Shown in pieces: positions 23,836 through 33,091 of a stretch of DNA of 64,000 nucleotides. Each line of letters starts with the position of its first letter. Position 1 is the first letter of the stretch. The notes under the pieces were generated by a model. That model was not told where the DNA came from, made no database searches, and worked only from the letters and a program-made list of their open reading frames with translations. A program made the translations under genes and the position numbers. Source of the stretch: Verrucomicrobiota bacterium (lineage in GTDB: Bacteria; Verrucomicrobiota; Verrucomicrobiia; Limisphaerales; Pedosphaeraceae); assembly GCA_021325145.1 (NCBI GenBank), contig JAJPHR010000074.1:1873-65872 (forward strand), read 5' to 3'.

Positions 23836-26145
23836 TTATTCGCCCTTGCGGTCCGTGACGTGTTGTTTCAATTGCTCCACGAGGTTTTTCAACTCGTTCA
23901 CGGTCTGTCTCAACTCGGCGTTTTCGGTGCGCGTTTCCTCGAGTTTTTCATTCAAGCCCTGGATGGCAGCGAGAGCCACGCCGCCTTCGTCGATGACAGA
24001 AATGTGCTTTTCATCGTGGCCCAGGGTGAATGCTTCGTGAAAGTCCTGCGCCATGGGACCGATATGCCGCGCGTCGGACTGGTTTCCGCCTTTGTATTGC
24101 CATTCAGAGATGGGCAGGCGGGAGACTTTATCGAGCACCTCGCGGGGGTTCACCCGGGCGAAATCCGTCTTGGCGTTGCGGTCGCTGGTCAGGTTGATGG
24201 CCACGCAGGTGATTTCGCCGGTGCTGCCATCGAGATCGATGACATTCACGCCGTTCGTGGAGCGGACGCTAAGATTTCCGGCGATGGTACCGTTGGTGTT
24301 TGGCCAGACTTCAAGCCCGTTGCGCAAGCGCAGGATGCCAGGCGCAGGCCCGCCAGTCATCACGAGCGCGGGAGTGAACGAATCGTCGGAGATGTTGACT
24401 GTGCCATTCAATGTGGCGACCGAGAGATGGGCCGTCGGCGTGGTAGTGCCGATGCCTACGAAGCCACTTGACCCCAGTACGGTGAACGCCACCTTGGAGC
24501 TCGAAGTCACGTCCGTGCCATTGTAAATGTTGAGCCTGGCGGCCGGCCGCAACTCCAGCGCGCCATTTCGCCACGAAAAACCGCCGCCGTTTCCAATGCT
24601 GCCAATAATGGAGCTTTCGGCGGTTCCAAAGAAATAATCGTTGAACGTAATCTGGGCGCCGCTGCCGGATGACCCGGTGCGCGGGTCGTTCAGGGTGATG
24701 TTGCCGTTAAAATCCATTCGCATTTTGGGAAGTGTCAGCGCTCCGCCCGTGTAAAAATCCAGGAAATCGTTCCCAAAGGTCCCGCCCACGATGGCCTGCC
24801 GCGTCGAGTTGTTGCCAAAGCCGATGCCGACGAAGTCAGTACTGGCGCCGCCTCCATCGGTCGCGATATTGTCCAACCGCATCAACACGGAAGATTCAAT
24901 GGAGCCGCCTGAGGCGACGGCTGGCACACTGCCGGCAACCTCCAACTTTTTGACCGGTCCGTTGGTCCCGATGCCGACATTGCCGGTTATGATCTGCGTG
25001 CCGGTGAAGGCATTGTTGCTCGAAAGCAGCGCCACTCCACTCAAGCCCGTGCCGGCTCCGGCGAATCCCGTGGCGTTGACAATGCCGTTCACGTCGAGCG
25101 CAAACCCTGGCGTCGAAGTTCCGATGCCCACATTCCCGCTGCTCCCGATGACTGTCAGCGCCACGTTCCCGCTCGAGGTCACATCATTTCCCTTGTAAAT
25201 GTTGAGCCGGCTGGGAGGACGCAACTCGAGCGCGCCGTTTCGCCAGGTAAACCCGCCGCCGTTTCCGATGGTGTCTATTTGGGAACTTTCGGCGCTTCCC
25301 GAAAAGTAATCATTGAGTGTAATCGCGCCGCCAGTCCCGAAGCTGCTCGTTCGCGGGTCGTTAATGGTAAGGCCGCCATTTATGTCCACTCGCATTTTTG
25401 GAGTCGTCAGCAATCCGCCCGTGTAGAAATCCAAATAGTCGTTTCCAAAGGTACCACCCACGATGGCCTGCCGCGTCGAGTTATTCCCGAAGCCGATTCC
25501 GGCGACGTCCGGGCTGGAGGTGTTTCCGTCAGTGGCGGTGTTGTTCACGTGGACAAAGGTGGACGGGTCAATGGAACTGCCTGAGGGGACGCCCGAGGCG
25601 GATCTGGCCACGGTTACCGGGCCGTTGAAACTTGTGCCGGCATTGAAGTTGTTGCTGCCGGTGAAGGTCTGGTTGGTGTTGAGCAGGGCCACGTTGGCGG
25701 AGAGACGCGCATCCGGGACCGAGCCGCTGGTCAAGCCGGCGGCATTGGCGGTTTCCGCATAGACGGCGTAGGGCGTGGAGAGGACCGCCTGGCGCGGAAT
25801 GAGCGTGCTGAACGTGACGGCGCCATTCGTCCGCGTGCCAATTTCGAGCCAGAGCGGCACGCCGGTGGCGAAGGGGGCGCTTCCAAAATCCACCGACACC
25901 GTGAACAGGCCGTTGGAGACGGACGTGCCGCTGTTCGTCACCGTCGCGGAGACGGGCGAGCCGACGCCGCTGAGGTTGGTGTTGAACAAGGTAAAGGTGA
26001 AGTCATAGCTGCCGGCGGCCGGATTTGTTCCGGAGTTCAACCGACCCTGATAGCTGAAGGCGGTACCCTGGGCGTAGGCCGCCGTGCCGAGGGTGAAAAT
26101 GCTGCAGGTGACAGATATAATGAGGGCGTAAATCTTCTTATTCAT
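23836..26145 (-). CDS. Secreted tail-fibre-like beta-helix protein with C-terminal intramolecular-chaperone (peptidase S74) auto-processing domain, 769 aa. It contains an internal ~222-aa tandem duplication.
   Basis: Signal peptide MNKKIYALIISVTCSIFTLGTAAYAQG. C-terminal SDRNAK...ISEWQYK...RHIGPMAQDF...GVALAAIQGLNEKL plus a coiled coil, which is the hallmark of the phage tail-spike chaperone domain (about 23839..24186). It is a paralog of 48626..50899. Confidence 0.8.
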   Translation of the reverse strand: MNKKIYALIISVTCSIFTLGTAAYAQGTAFSYQGRLNSGTNPAAGSYDFTFTLFNTNLSGVGSPVSATVTNSGTSVSNGLFTVSVDFGSAPFATGVPLWLEIGTRTNGAVTFSTLIPRQAVLSTPYAVYAETANAAGLTSGSVPDARLSANVALLNTNQTFTGSNNFNAGTSFNGPVTVARSASGVPSGSSIDPSTFVHVNNTATDGNTSSPDVAGIGFGNNSTRQAIVGGTFGNDYLDFYTGGLLTTPKMRVDINGGLTINDPRTSSFGTGGAITLNDYFSGSAESSQIDTIGNGGGFTWRNGALELRPPSRLNIYKGNDVTSSGNVALTVIGSSGNVGIGTSTPGFALDVNGIVNATGFAGAGTGLSGVALLSSNNAFTGTQIITGNVGIGTNGPVKKLEVAGSVPAVASGGSIESSVLMRLDNIATDGGGASTDFVGIGFGNNSTRQAIVGGTFGNDFLDFYTGGALTLPKMRMDFNGNITLNDPRTGSSGSGAQITFNDYFFGTAESSIIGSIGNGGGFSWRNGALELRPAARLNIYNGTDVTSSSKVAFTVLGSSGFVGIGTTTPTAHLSVATLNGTVNISDDSFTPALVMTGGPAPGILRLRNGLEVWPNTNGTIAGNLSVRSTNGVNVIDLDGSTGEITCVAINLTSDRNAKTDFARVNPREVLDKVSRLPISEWQYKGGNQSDARHIGPMAQDFHEAFTLGHDEKHISVIDEGGVALAAIQGLNEKLEETRTENAELRQTVNELKNLVEQLKQHVTDRKGE
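24500..25850. repeat. Intragenic tandem duplication (two units of about 666 bp) inside the tail-fibre-like gene. Protein repeats begin ATDGNTSSPDVAGIGFGNNSTRQAIVGGTFGND... and ATDGGGASTDFVGIGFGNNSTRQAIVGGTFGND...
   Basis: Visible as near-identical peptide strings in both protein repeats, and also in the antisense ORFs 24732..24953 vs 25398..25628 and 24791..25198 vs 25463..25762. Boundaries are approximate. Confidence 0.7.
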
Positions 26146-26234
26146 AGTTGGTCTTAGAGAGTTTGCGATACTACCTCTCTACTATGAAATTATTCACCGC
26201 GCGTTAGCGGTTATTTTAAAAAAGTTGAAGCCCT

Positions 26235-29200
26235 CTAAAACGCCCCCAGCCGATGTTCCGGATAATCAGGATACCGCGCCCGAAATTCCCGCCACTTGTT
26301 CAACCAGGCTTGCGGAGCCAGCGATGCCAAGCCTCCGCCCGAGTGAACCTCTGCGTCCGCGTCGATTTCTGAAAGCAGGCGGGCGCCCTCGACGGGCAAG
26401 TTCGGGTTCGGGAAGGCGGCTTGAAGATCGATCAGGTCAATATTTCCCTGTAATAAGCCGGACGCGACGAGCGTGCGCGCGTCCGGTGTGATTTGGAGGT
26501 CGAGCACAAAACCGTCGCGTTGCAAGGGCGGACGGATCATCATCCCGGTACGCCGGTCCCAGAACTTGATTTTTCCGTCATGCCCGCCGGTGACGACCCA
26601 CGGCGTGCCGGGCACGAAACAGCCGCCCATGATGGTTTCGTCGTGCGGCAGCATCGGACAGACAAGCCTCCCCTGGCGCCAGTCCCAGACCTGCGCGCTC
26701 CTGCCTCCCCCGGCCGTGAGCAGCAGGTCCCCGTCGGGGCTGAAGCGCGTGAGAAACGGCCAGTTGATGTAGGGAATGGCCGGCAAAACTTCCGCGCCCG
26801 TGCGCGAATCGTGGAACTCAATCCGCATCAAAGGAGCCACCACGGCCCGCGCGATCATTCCGCCTTGGAACGCCAGGTCGAAGGTCGTGGTTTCGCGCTC
26901 GAAAGGCTCGATAAGGTTCCGGCGTTGTTCCCGATCCCACAAGTCGATGAACTGAAACAATCCCCAGATTGCGAAGACACGGCCATCCGGACTGTAAGCG
27001 CAGCGCCCATTGTTCAGCGTGGCGCCGGCATTCACGGGTTTTTTGTGATCGAACAGGACGCGCGCCGTTCGATTGGTCACGTCAATTTCCACCCCTTCGC
27101 CTCCTGCGCAGCAGACACCGATCCATTGTCCCGACGGGTGAAAACACAATCCGCGCGGTTCTGAGGGCATGGCGATGGGCTCGCCGAGCCGCTCGCCGGA
27201 AACGGGATTCCAAAGCTGAACATTGCCCGAACCACCACTTTTTTCGAAGGCTGAATTGCCGCGACCCGGTGTCGTACTGAGAGCCAGGGCAAGCCATGTA
27301 CCGTCGTGATTGAAGCAGGCATCCATGAGCAATCCGCCCGGGACGATCTTCGGCGCTGCGGGCCGGCCCGTGGCGATCTCGATTAACTGGGTGTGTTCCA
27401 CCGCACTCCCCTGGTTGCTGAAGCCCGAGGCCGCAACGAATTTTCCATCCGGCGAAATCACAGCCCGTGTCGGCGCGCCAGCCGGAATCCTCCTGACCAG
27501 TTCCGGACGCAGCACGCGCCAAACGCGCACCAGACCGTCCTCGCCGGAAGCAACCAACCGACCATCCGGCGAGAACCCCAGATTTATCACACCGGTATGG
27601 TGATGGCCCACCTCGCCGAGAAATTTGCCGTCTGGAATGGACCACAACTCCAGCCGGTTGTCATAGCCGCCACTGGCGAGCAGCGAACCGTCCGGGCTGA
27701 AACTCGCCGCCGTGAACAAGCCCTGGTGAACGGGAAATTTTGCTTCGCTGGGATTCTGCCGGTCAATCAGCCCTCGGTTGCAACGCGCCACAAACCGCCC
27801 GTCCGCGCTCACGCTAATTGGCAGGCCATCGCGGTCCGAGAACATGCCGTTGGTGTGGGCGTTCAGGATCGCGCCGGTTGTGGAATCATGAATCGTCAAC
27901 CCGCCGCCCGGCTGGCCGACGACGTAGCTGCTTCCGTCGCCGAGAAATTCCGAACGGTTGCCAGGATGCGCTGGAACGGGCGGGTGAAGAAAGTGTTCGG
28001 GCGCATCGACAGCGCAAATGCCGGCTTGCGAGTTCCATTGCAGCAGCAGCAGCCGGCCATCCCGATTGAAATGAACGCGCCAGGCGTTTTGCGGCAGCGG
28101 CCGCTGCTTATTCGTCCGCCAGTCCCAAAGCAAATTGCCCGCCGCGACCCAGCGGTCATCGGGACTCCAGTCCACGTTGACTGCCGGCATGCCGGTGAGT
28201 CGCGCAAGTTCCCTGCCCGACGGAAATTCAAGCACTCTCAACGTGGCATCCGGCAGCGCGATGGCGATTCGTTCCCCCGAGTGGTCCCAGGCGGCGCAAC
28301 GTGCTTTCGCGGTAAGCGCCGGCTGCCATTGCTGCTCGGTGTCCAAGTCCCAGACTTGTGTGTCCGAGGGGACTTCGCCTGCCACGATCATCGCCGGGCG
28401 GCGCGGGTTCCAGACAAGCTGCCGCAGATGTTCGAATCCAGTGTCGAAGGCCCGCACGGCCGTCATCGCTTCGGTCCGCCACGCCGCCGCCCGCAGTTGG
28501 TTCGCGGCCAGGCGTTCCGGGTCCTTTTCGCCCAGGATTGCGGCGTTGGCAAACCACAATGCCGCGCGCGTAGGATCGTGATTCTCCGATGCCACCAGAC
28601 CGGAGTGCGCGTACATGTCCGACAGCGTGAACGTAACCTCCCGATGCGCGCGCTCCTTGTCGGCCAGGGCCAGATTCGTCCGCCGGACCTGCACCAGGCT
28701 CACCATCAAGCCTGCCACCAACGTCGCGAGGACGACGGCGCCCGCGCCCACCGCCACGCGATGCCGCCGCACGAATTTCCGGATCTGATACCCGAGCGTC
28801 GGCGGCACGGCGGAAACCGGTTCGTTCGCCAGATAGCGCCGCAAGTCTTCGGACAGCGCCGCCGCGCTCGCGTATCGCTCGTTGCGGTCTTTGCGAATGG
28901 CCTTCATCACCACTCGATCAAGGTCGCCTCGCAAAGCTGAACTATGCGGTGTCGTCTCCGTGCGAATCTTTCCCTGCCGTGCCAGGGTCGTCAGACGCGT
29001 GCTTGGGGTGGGCGGATCTTCTTCCAAAATGATGCGTTGGATTTCGGCGAGGCTGGTGTGCGCGAGCCGCTCGGATTCAATGGGCAGCGTGCCGGTCAAC
29101 AATTCGTAGAGCACCACTCCCAGCGCAAAGACATCCGTGCGGGTGTCCACATCCACGCCATCGGTCCGCGCCTGCTCGGGGCTCATGTAAGCCGGCGTGC

Positions 29201-30038
29201 CGACCACCCTCGCCTGTTGCGTAAAGAACATGTCTCCTGTTCCCTGGGTCGCCTTGGCGACGCCGAAATCAATCACCTTCACCACGCCATTCGCAACGAG
29301 CAGGTTCGAAGGCTTGAGATCGCGATGGATCACGCCTTTTTGATGGGCATGCTCAAGGGCGGCGCAGACGTTCTGAAACAGGCGGAGCCGCCCTTTTAGA
29401 TCGAGACCGGCGCGTTCGCAGTGTTTGGTGATCGTTTCCCCTTCGACCAATTCCATCGCGAAGTAAGGCCGGCCCAAGGCCGTGGAACCGGCCTCGAAAA
29501 CCTGCGCGATGTTCGGGTGGCTCAGCAACGCGAGCGTCTGCCGCTCCCGCTCGAAACGCTTCACGACCTCCCGAGTATCCATCCCCAGCTTGATGACTTT
29601 GAGCGCGACGGTTCTGCGCACGGGAGCCGTTTGCTCCGCGCGCCACACCGAACCCATGCCTCCCTCGCCGAGCAGGCTTATGAGGCGAAAGTGATCGATG
29701 ACCGCGCCAGGTTCCTCATTGCTGACGAAGGCCCACTGGTCCTGGCCGCCCGGCGCGCCGGCCTGGTTTAAGAGCGCGCCCTCGCCGCCGAATTCGTTGT
29801 AACCCTCCAACAGCAGAAGCACCGCCGAATAGAGCTGCGCGTCATCCCGCGCTGCCTCGCGGATGAAGGCCAGGCGCGCCTCTGGTTTCAGGGCCAGCGC
29901 CTGCTGAAAAATTCGCTCCTCGGCCCGCTTTGAGTCGTCCAGCGCGGCCGCCTCCAGCAGGCAACCGGGGCAAAGCGGTTCGTCCGCCCGCAACGAGGCG
30001 CCGCAACGGGAACAACGGGATTGGGCGGCATCACTCAA
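26235..30038 (-). CDS. Ser/Thr protein kinase with N-terminal Cys4 zinc-ribbon, one TM helix and a long C-terminal WD40 beta-propeller region, 1267 aa.
   Basis: CSRCGASLRADEPLCPGC. Kinase subdomains GEGGMGSVW, VALK, HRDLKPSNLL, DFG, and APE-like (SPEQ). TM segment VAVGAGAVVLATLVAGLMVSLV. Repeated WD-like blades (SPDG..LA.G..DG...W). Confidence 0.85.
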   Translation of the reverse strand: MSDAAQSRCSRCGASLRADEPLCPGCLLEAAALDDSKRAEERIFQQALALKPEARLAFIREAARDDAQLYSAVLLLLEGYNEFGGEGALLNQAGAPGGQDQWAFVSNEEPGAVIDHFRLISLLGEGGMGSVWRAEQTAPVRRTVALKVIKLGMDTREVVKRFERERQTLALLSHPNIAQVFEAGSTALGRPYFAMELVEGETITKHCERAGLDLKGRLRLFQNVCAALEHAHQKGVIHRDLKPSNLLVANGVVKVIDFGVAKATQGTGDMFFTQQARVVGTPAYMSPEQARTDGVDVDTRTDVFALGVVLYELLTGTLPIESERLAHTSLAEIQRIILEEDPPTPSTRLTTLARQGKIRTETTPHSSALRGDLDRVVMKAIRKDRNERYASAAALSEDLRRYLANEPVSAVPPTLGYQIRKFVRRHRVAVGAGAVVLATLVAGLMVSLVQVRRTNLALADKERAHREVTFTLSDMYAHSGLVASENHDPTRAALWFANAAILGEKDPERLAANQLRAAAWRTEAMTAVRAFDTGFEHLRQLVWNPRRPAMIVAGEVPSDTQVWDLDTEQQWQPALTAKARCAAWDHSGERIAIALPDATLRVLEFPSGRELARLTGMPAVNVDWSPDDRWVAAGNLLWDWRTNKQRPLPQNAWRVHFNRDGRLLLLQWNSQAGICAVDAPEHFLHPPVPAHPGNRSEFLGDGSSYVVGQPGGGLTIHDSTTGAILNAHTNGMFSDRDGLPISVSADGRFVARCNRGLIDRQNPSEAKFPVHQGLFTAASFSPDGSLLASGGYDNRLELWSIPDGKFLGEVGHHHTGVINLGFSPDGRLVASGEDGLVRVWRVLRPELVRRIPAGAPTRAVISPDGKFVAASGFSNQGSAVEHTQLIEIATGRPAAPKIVPGGLLMDACFNHDGTWLALALSTTPGRGNSAFEKSGGSGNVQLWNPVSGERLGEPIAMPSEPRGLCFHPSGQWIGVCCAGGEGVEIDVTNRTARVLFDHKKPVNAGATLNNGRCAYSPDGRVFAIWGLFQFIDLWDREQRRNLIEPFERETTTFDLAFQGGMIARAVVAPLMRIEFHDSRTGAEVLPAIPYINWPFLTRFSPDGDLLLTAGGGRSAQVWDWRQGRLVCPMLPHDETIMGGCFVPGTPWVVTGGHDGKIKFWDRRTGMMIRPPLQRDGFVLDLQITPDARTLVASGLLQGNIDLIDLQAAFPNPNLPVEGARLLSEIDADAEVHSGGGLASLAPQAWLNKWREFRARYPDYPEHRLGAF

Positions 30039-30778
30039 TGCTGAAACAACCTTCGCATGTGCGCCAGCTCGGCTTCCACCTCAGGCACGCTGGCGACGGT
30101 TTCCGCCACAATCTCATGCAGCGCCGCGCGGTAGCGCCGCCGCAACTCGAACGCGGCGAATCGAACCGATCCCTCGCTCATCCCGAGCGTGGCGGCGATT
30201 TGCTGATATGACTCGTCCGCTGAGCCCTCCGCCAATTGCGGACGCAAGGCGCCGAAGAGGCCGGCCCTGCCGGCCGTGGCATACGTTGCACTCAGCTTTT
30301 CCAAAGCCTGCCGCAGCACCTCGCGCGCCCAGGCACGTTCGTACTCCAGCTCGGGCGTGGTGGCATCGTGAGGTTCCAGGGCATAGCGCTCCTCGATCGA
30401 GAGCGCGTCGATTTCAAGCACCGGTTTGCCGCCGTCCCGCTTTTGAGCGCCCTGCTTGCGCCATTCCTCGGCGGCGAAGTTGGTGAACGAACGCAGCAGG
30501 AAATTGCGCAGCTTGCCGCGTTCCCGTCGTGCCTTTCCGAGAATTTCCCGGGACAGCAATCGCTCGAAGAACGACTGCACCAGGTCCTCCGCGTCAGGCA
30601 TGCCCCTCCGGCGCGCGTAACAGTAGAGCGGAAACCAATAAGCGCCACACAGCGTGGCCAGCGCGGCAGGATTGTTTTCCTGGGCATCGAGGACCAGACT
30701 CCAGCGTGTCTTTGGAAATGCGCCGGGAGCCTCGGATTCAGCGTTCACAGGTTCCGAGTTTTCTGGCGGCAGCACCAC
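30035..30778 (-). CDS. ECF sigma factor of the Ser/Thr-kinase-associated type (TIGR02999/ECF43-like), 247 aa. Its stop overlaps the start of the kinase gene.
   Basis: Sigma-70 r2 (WFPLYCYARRRGMPDAEDLVQSFFERLL) and r4 (YQQIAATLGMSEGSVRFAAFELRRRY). The 4-nt overlap at 30035-30038 with the STK start points to translational coupling. Confidence 0.75.
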   Translation of the reverse strand: MVLPPENSEPVNAESEAPGAFPKTRWSLVLDAQENNPAALATLCGAYWFPLYCYARRRGMPDAEDLVQSFFERLLSREILGKARRERGKLRNFLLRSFTNFAAEEWRKQGAQKRDGGKPVLEIDALSIEERYALEPHDATTPELEYERAWAREVLRQALEKLSATYATAGRAGLFGALRPQLAEGSADESYQQIAATLGMSEGSVRFAAFELRRRYRAALHEIVAETVASVPEVEAELAHMRRLFQH

Positions 30779-31633
30779 GCCAGCCTAGCCCGATCACTGG
30801 AGGAATTGAAGCCAAATTTCCCGCTGCAAGGCCGGCCTGTTGCCGCGCAGTCTTTCGTTCGCCGTTCCCACCCACCGGTTCAAACGCCATTTCCCGGGAG
30901 GATTTATTCGCCTGATTACAAAGAAGTTATGAAGTTGTAATCGCGTAGCCGTTGACAATCGGGCTGGCGCGTGCGAATAGGAGACCAACTGAAGTCAGTA
31001 GCAGCCTAAGCTGGCCTTCCTTCCTGAGGGCCAATGCGGGGGAACCAGATGCCCCGGAATAATGCCGGGGCGGGGGCGAGAGGCCGCGGGTAACCGTGGC
31101 CGAGGTCACTTCCAGGACCGAGCCCGTCAGCTAACCTCGTCGGCGATTGGAAGGGCGATCCTCTAGGGCCGCAAGTCGCGGTACCCACGTTCTCCCCACA
31201 TGAAAAAGCGTTGCGTCCTGTCGCGGTGAACAATCGCGCGGTGATGGCAACCACATTGGAGTTCGTTATGACCTGCTGTGTCATGATTGGCGCGGTTTCA
31301 ACCGCGCCGGTTGTTGCGATGGCCGGGTTGGTGCTGGCCTTGTCGGTTCCCCTCATTGTGGGAATGGTTTTCTTCCGCAAAAGCTTGTTCGGGCGCATCG
31401 TGGCGTTCGGAGTTTTCGTGGGGATGTTATGGGCATTGGATGCGTGGTGGCTGACGGTTCGTGAACCGGAGGCTTCCGCTGCGATCGCGGTCCATCAACT
31501 CGACGCGAACGGTGGGACGGAGCAAATGCGCCGATTCGAAGCTGATCAGACGGTCGCGCATGCGCTGGGTTGGGCGGCGGTGGCACTGGCGGCGTGGGTG
31601 TGTTTCGGCCGTTACGCCAAAGCCGCGGTGAGT

Positions 31634-32734
31634 ATGGGGATCTGGCGTCTCCGCGCGACCACCATCCTTGGATTGGGCTGCCTGCTGAGCCTGACCGGGT
31701 GCGTCAAGCCGTACGACCGGCCGGAGTATGTGGAGATCGACACCTCCGAGACCGGGTTCCTGATTCCCCTGGAAGGGGACGGTGAGCAACAGTCGCGGTT
31801 TCAATCCGAGGATTACCTGAAGCAGCGGAAGATTGCGGCCAAGCGGGTGCAGATTCTGCATCGCTGGTCGCAGGAAGGCCGCCTGCCGAATGATGGCCGC
31901 TGGATTGCGACGGTGCGCCTGGTGAAGGTGAACCGTTCGCCCGTGACGCGCGAATGGGTGACCGACCAGGCCGGGGCCGCGCCGGGACAAACCATCAAGC
32001 GGACGGACAAGGCGATTTGGATCGAAAGCGCCGACAGCGTGGGTTTCAGCATGGGATTCACCTGCACCACCTTCATCTCGGAAGATGACGCGGCGAAATT
32101 CCTGTATTGGTACCCAAGCGGTTCGCTGGCCGACGTGATGGACAGCGAAGTGCGCGGGCGCATCCAGCAAGTGGCGGCCGAAGTGGCGGCGAAGTATCCG
32201 CTGGACCAGTTGCGCTCGAAGAAGCAGGAGATCGCTGATGCCGTGAAACAAGACGTGATGGCATTCTTCACCGCGCGCGGGGTGACCGTGACCACGGTGG
32301 GAATGTTCGGCGGCATGACGTATGAGAATCCCGAGATACAAAGGTCCATCGACCAGACCTTCATCGCGCAGCAATTGAAAACGGTATCGCTGGCCAAGTT
32401 CGAGGCGCAACAGAAGGAGAACGAGCGCATCGAACTCGAAGCGCAGGGCCAGGCGGAAAAAGCCAGGCGTGAAGCCGCCGGGCTGGCGGACGCGAAGAAA
32501 ACGGCCGCCGCCGGTGAAGCGGAAGCGATCCGTTCGGTGAGCAAGGCGCTGGCCGAAGCGCAGCAGAATCCTTTGCTGTATCAGTTCAAGATGCTGGAAC
32601 TGGAGAAAGCGCGCGTGGAGAAATGGGACGGGAAGTATCCCGTCTATTTCATGGGAACCGGCGCGACTTCGCCGAACCTGTTACTCCAGGTGCCGTCGCC
32701 CGCAGCGGTACCGACGGGAGCGTCGGTGCAGTAA
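31634..32734 (+). CDS. SPFH/Band-7 (flotillin/HflC-like) domain lipoprotein with C-terminal coiled coil. An in-frame upstream extension back to 31211 is possible.
   Basis: Lipoprotein signal MGIWRLRATTILGLGCLLSLTGC at 31634. An SPFH-like core, then a KFEAQQKENERIELEAQGQAEKARREAAG coiled coil. The track ORF 31211..32734 has no stop before 31634; that 141-aa extension is hydrophobic but may be a GC artefact. Confidence 0.65.
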   Translation: MGIWRLRATTILGLGCLLSLTGCVKPYDRPEYVEIDTSETGFLIPLEGDGEQQSRFQSEDYLKQRKIAAKRVQILHRWSQEGRLPNDGRWIATVRLVKVNRSPVTREWVTDQAGAAPGQTIKRTDKAIWIESADSVGFSMGFTCTTFISEDDAAKFLYWYPSGSLADVMDSEVRGRIQQVAAEVAAKYPLDQLRSKKQEIADAVKQDVMAFFTARGVTVTTVGMFGGMTYENPEIQRSIDQTFIAQQLKTVSLAKFEAQQKENERIELEAQGQAEKARREAAGLADAKKTAAAGEAEAIRSVSKALAEAQQNPLLYQFKMLELEKARVEKWDGKYPVYFMGTGATSPNLLLQVPSPAAVPTGASVQ

Positions 32735-33091
32735 GGGTTTGATGCCAAGGGTTGAGCATTCCCGGTTATGCCGGGGATGCTGAGGACGGCGCTTCCACGG
32801 CCTCGCGTTGGAGTGCGCGGCGAATTTTGCCGGGTCAGTGAAATAGTTTGGGACGGATCTGGGCCGGGCGCGCCAAGTCAAGGTCGGGCCGTTGTAAGAG
32901 GGATCGAGGACGACGACGAGGACGAGGACGAGCACGATTAGGGGGCTTTGGGACCGGCCTTCGCTCGGAAGTTTCGGCCCGGCAAGCGGGGTGGGCGGGT
33001 CCAGAGGGAGTATATATTAAAACACCAGGCATCAAACTCCAAACACCAGAGAAAGATTCAAGGTCCAAAGTCGCGGGAGACGGTGCCGGGC

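Noticed and set aside
31427-32544. Minus-strand ORFs 31427..32410 (327 aa) and 31813..32544 (243 aa)
   Set aside because: Antisense to the SPFH lipoprotein gene. Arg/His/Pro-rich low-complexity translation with no domain.
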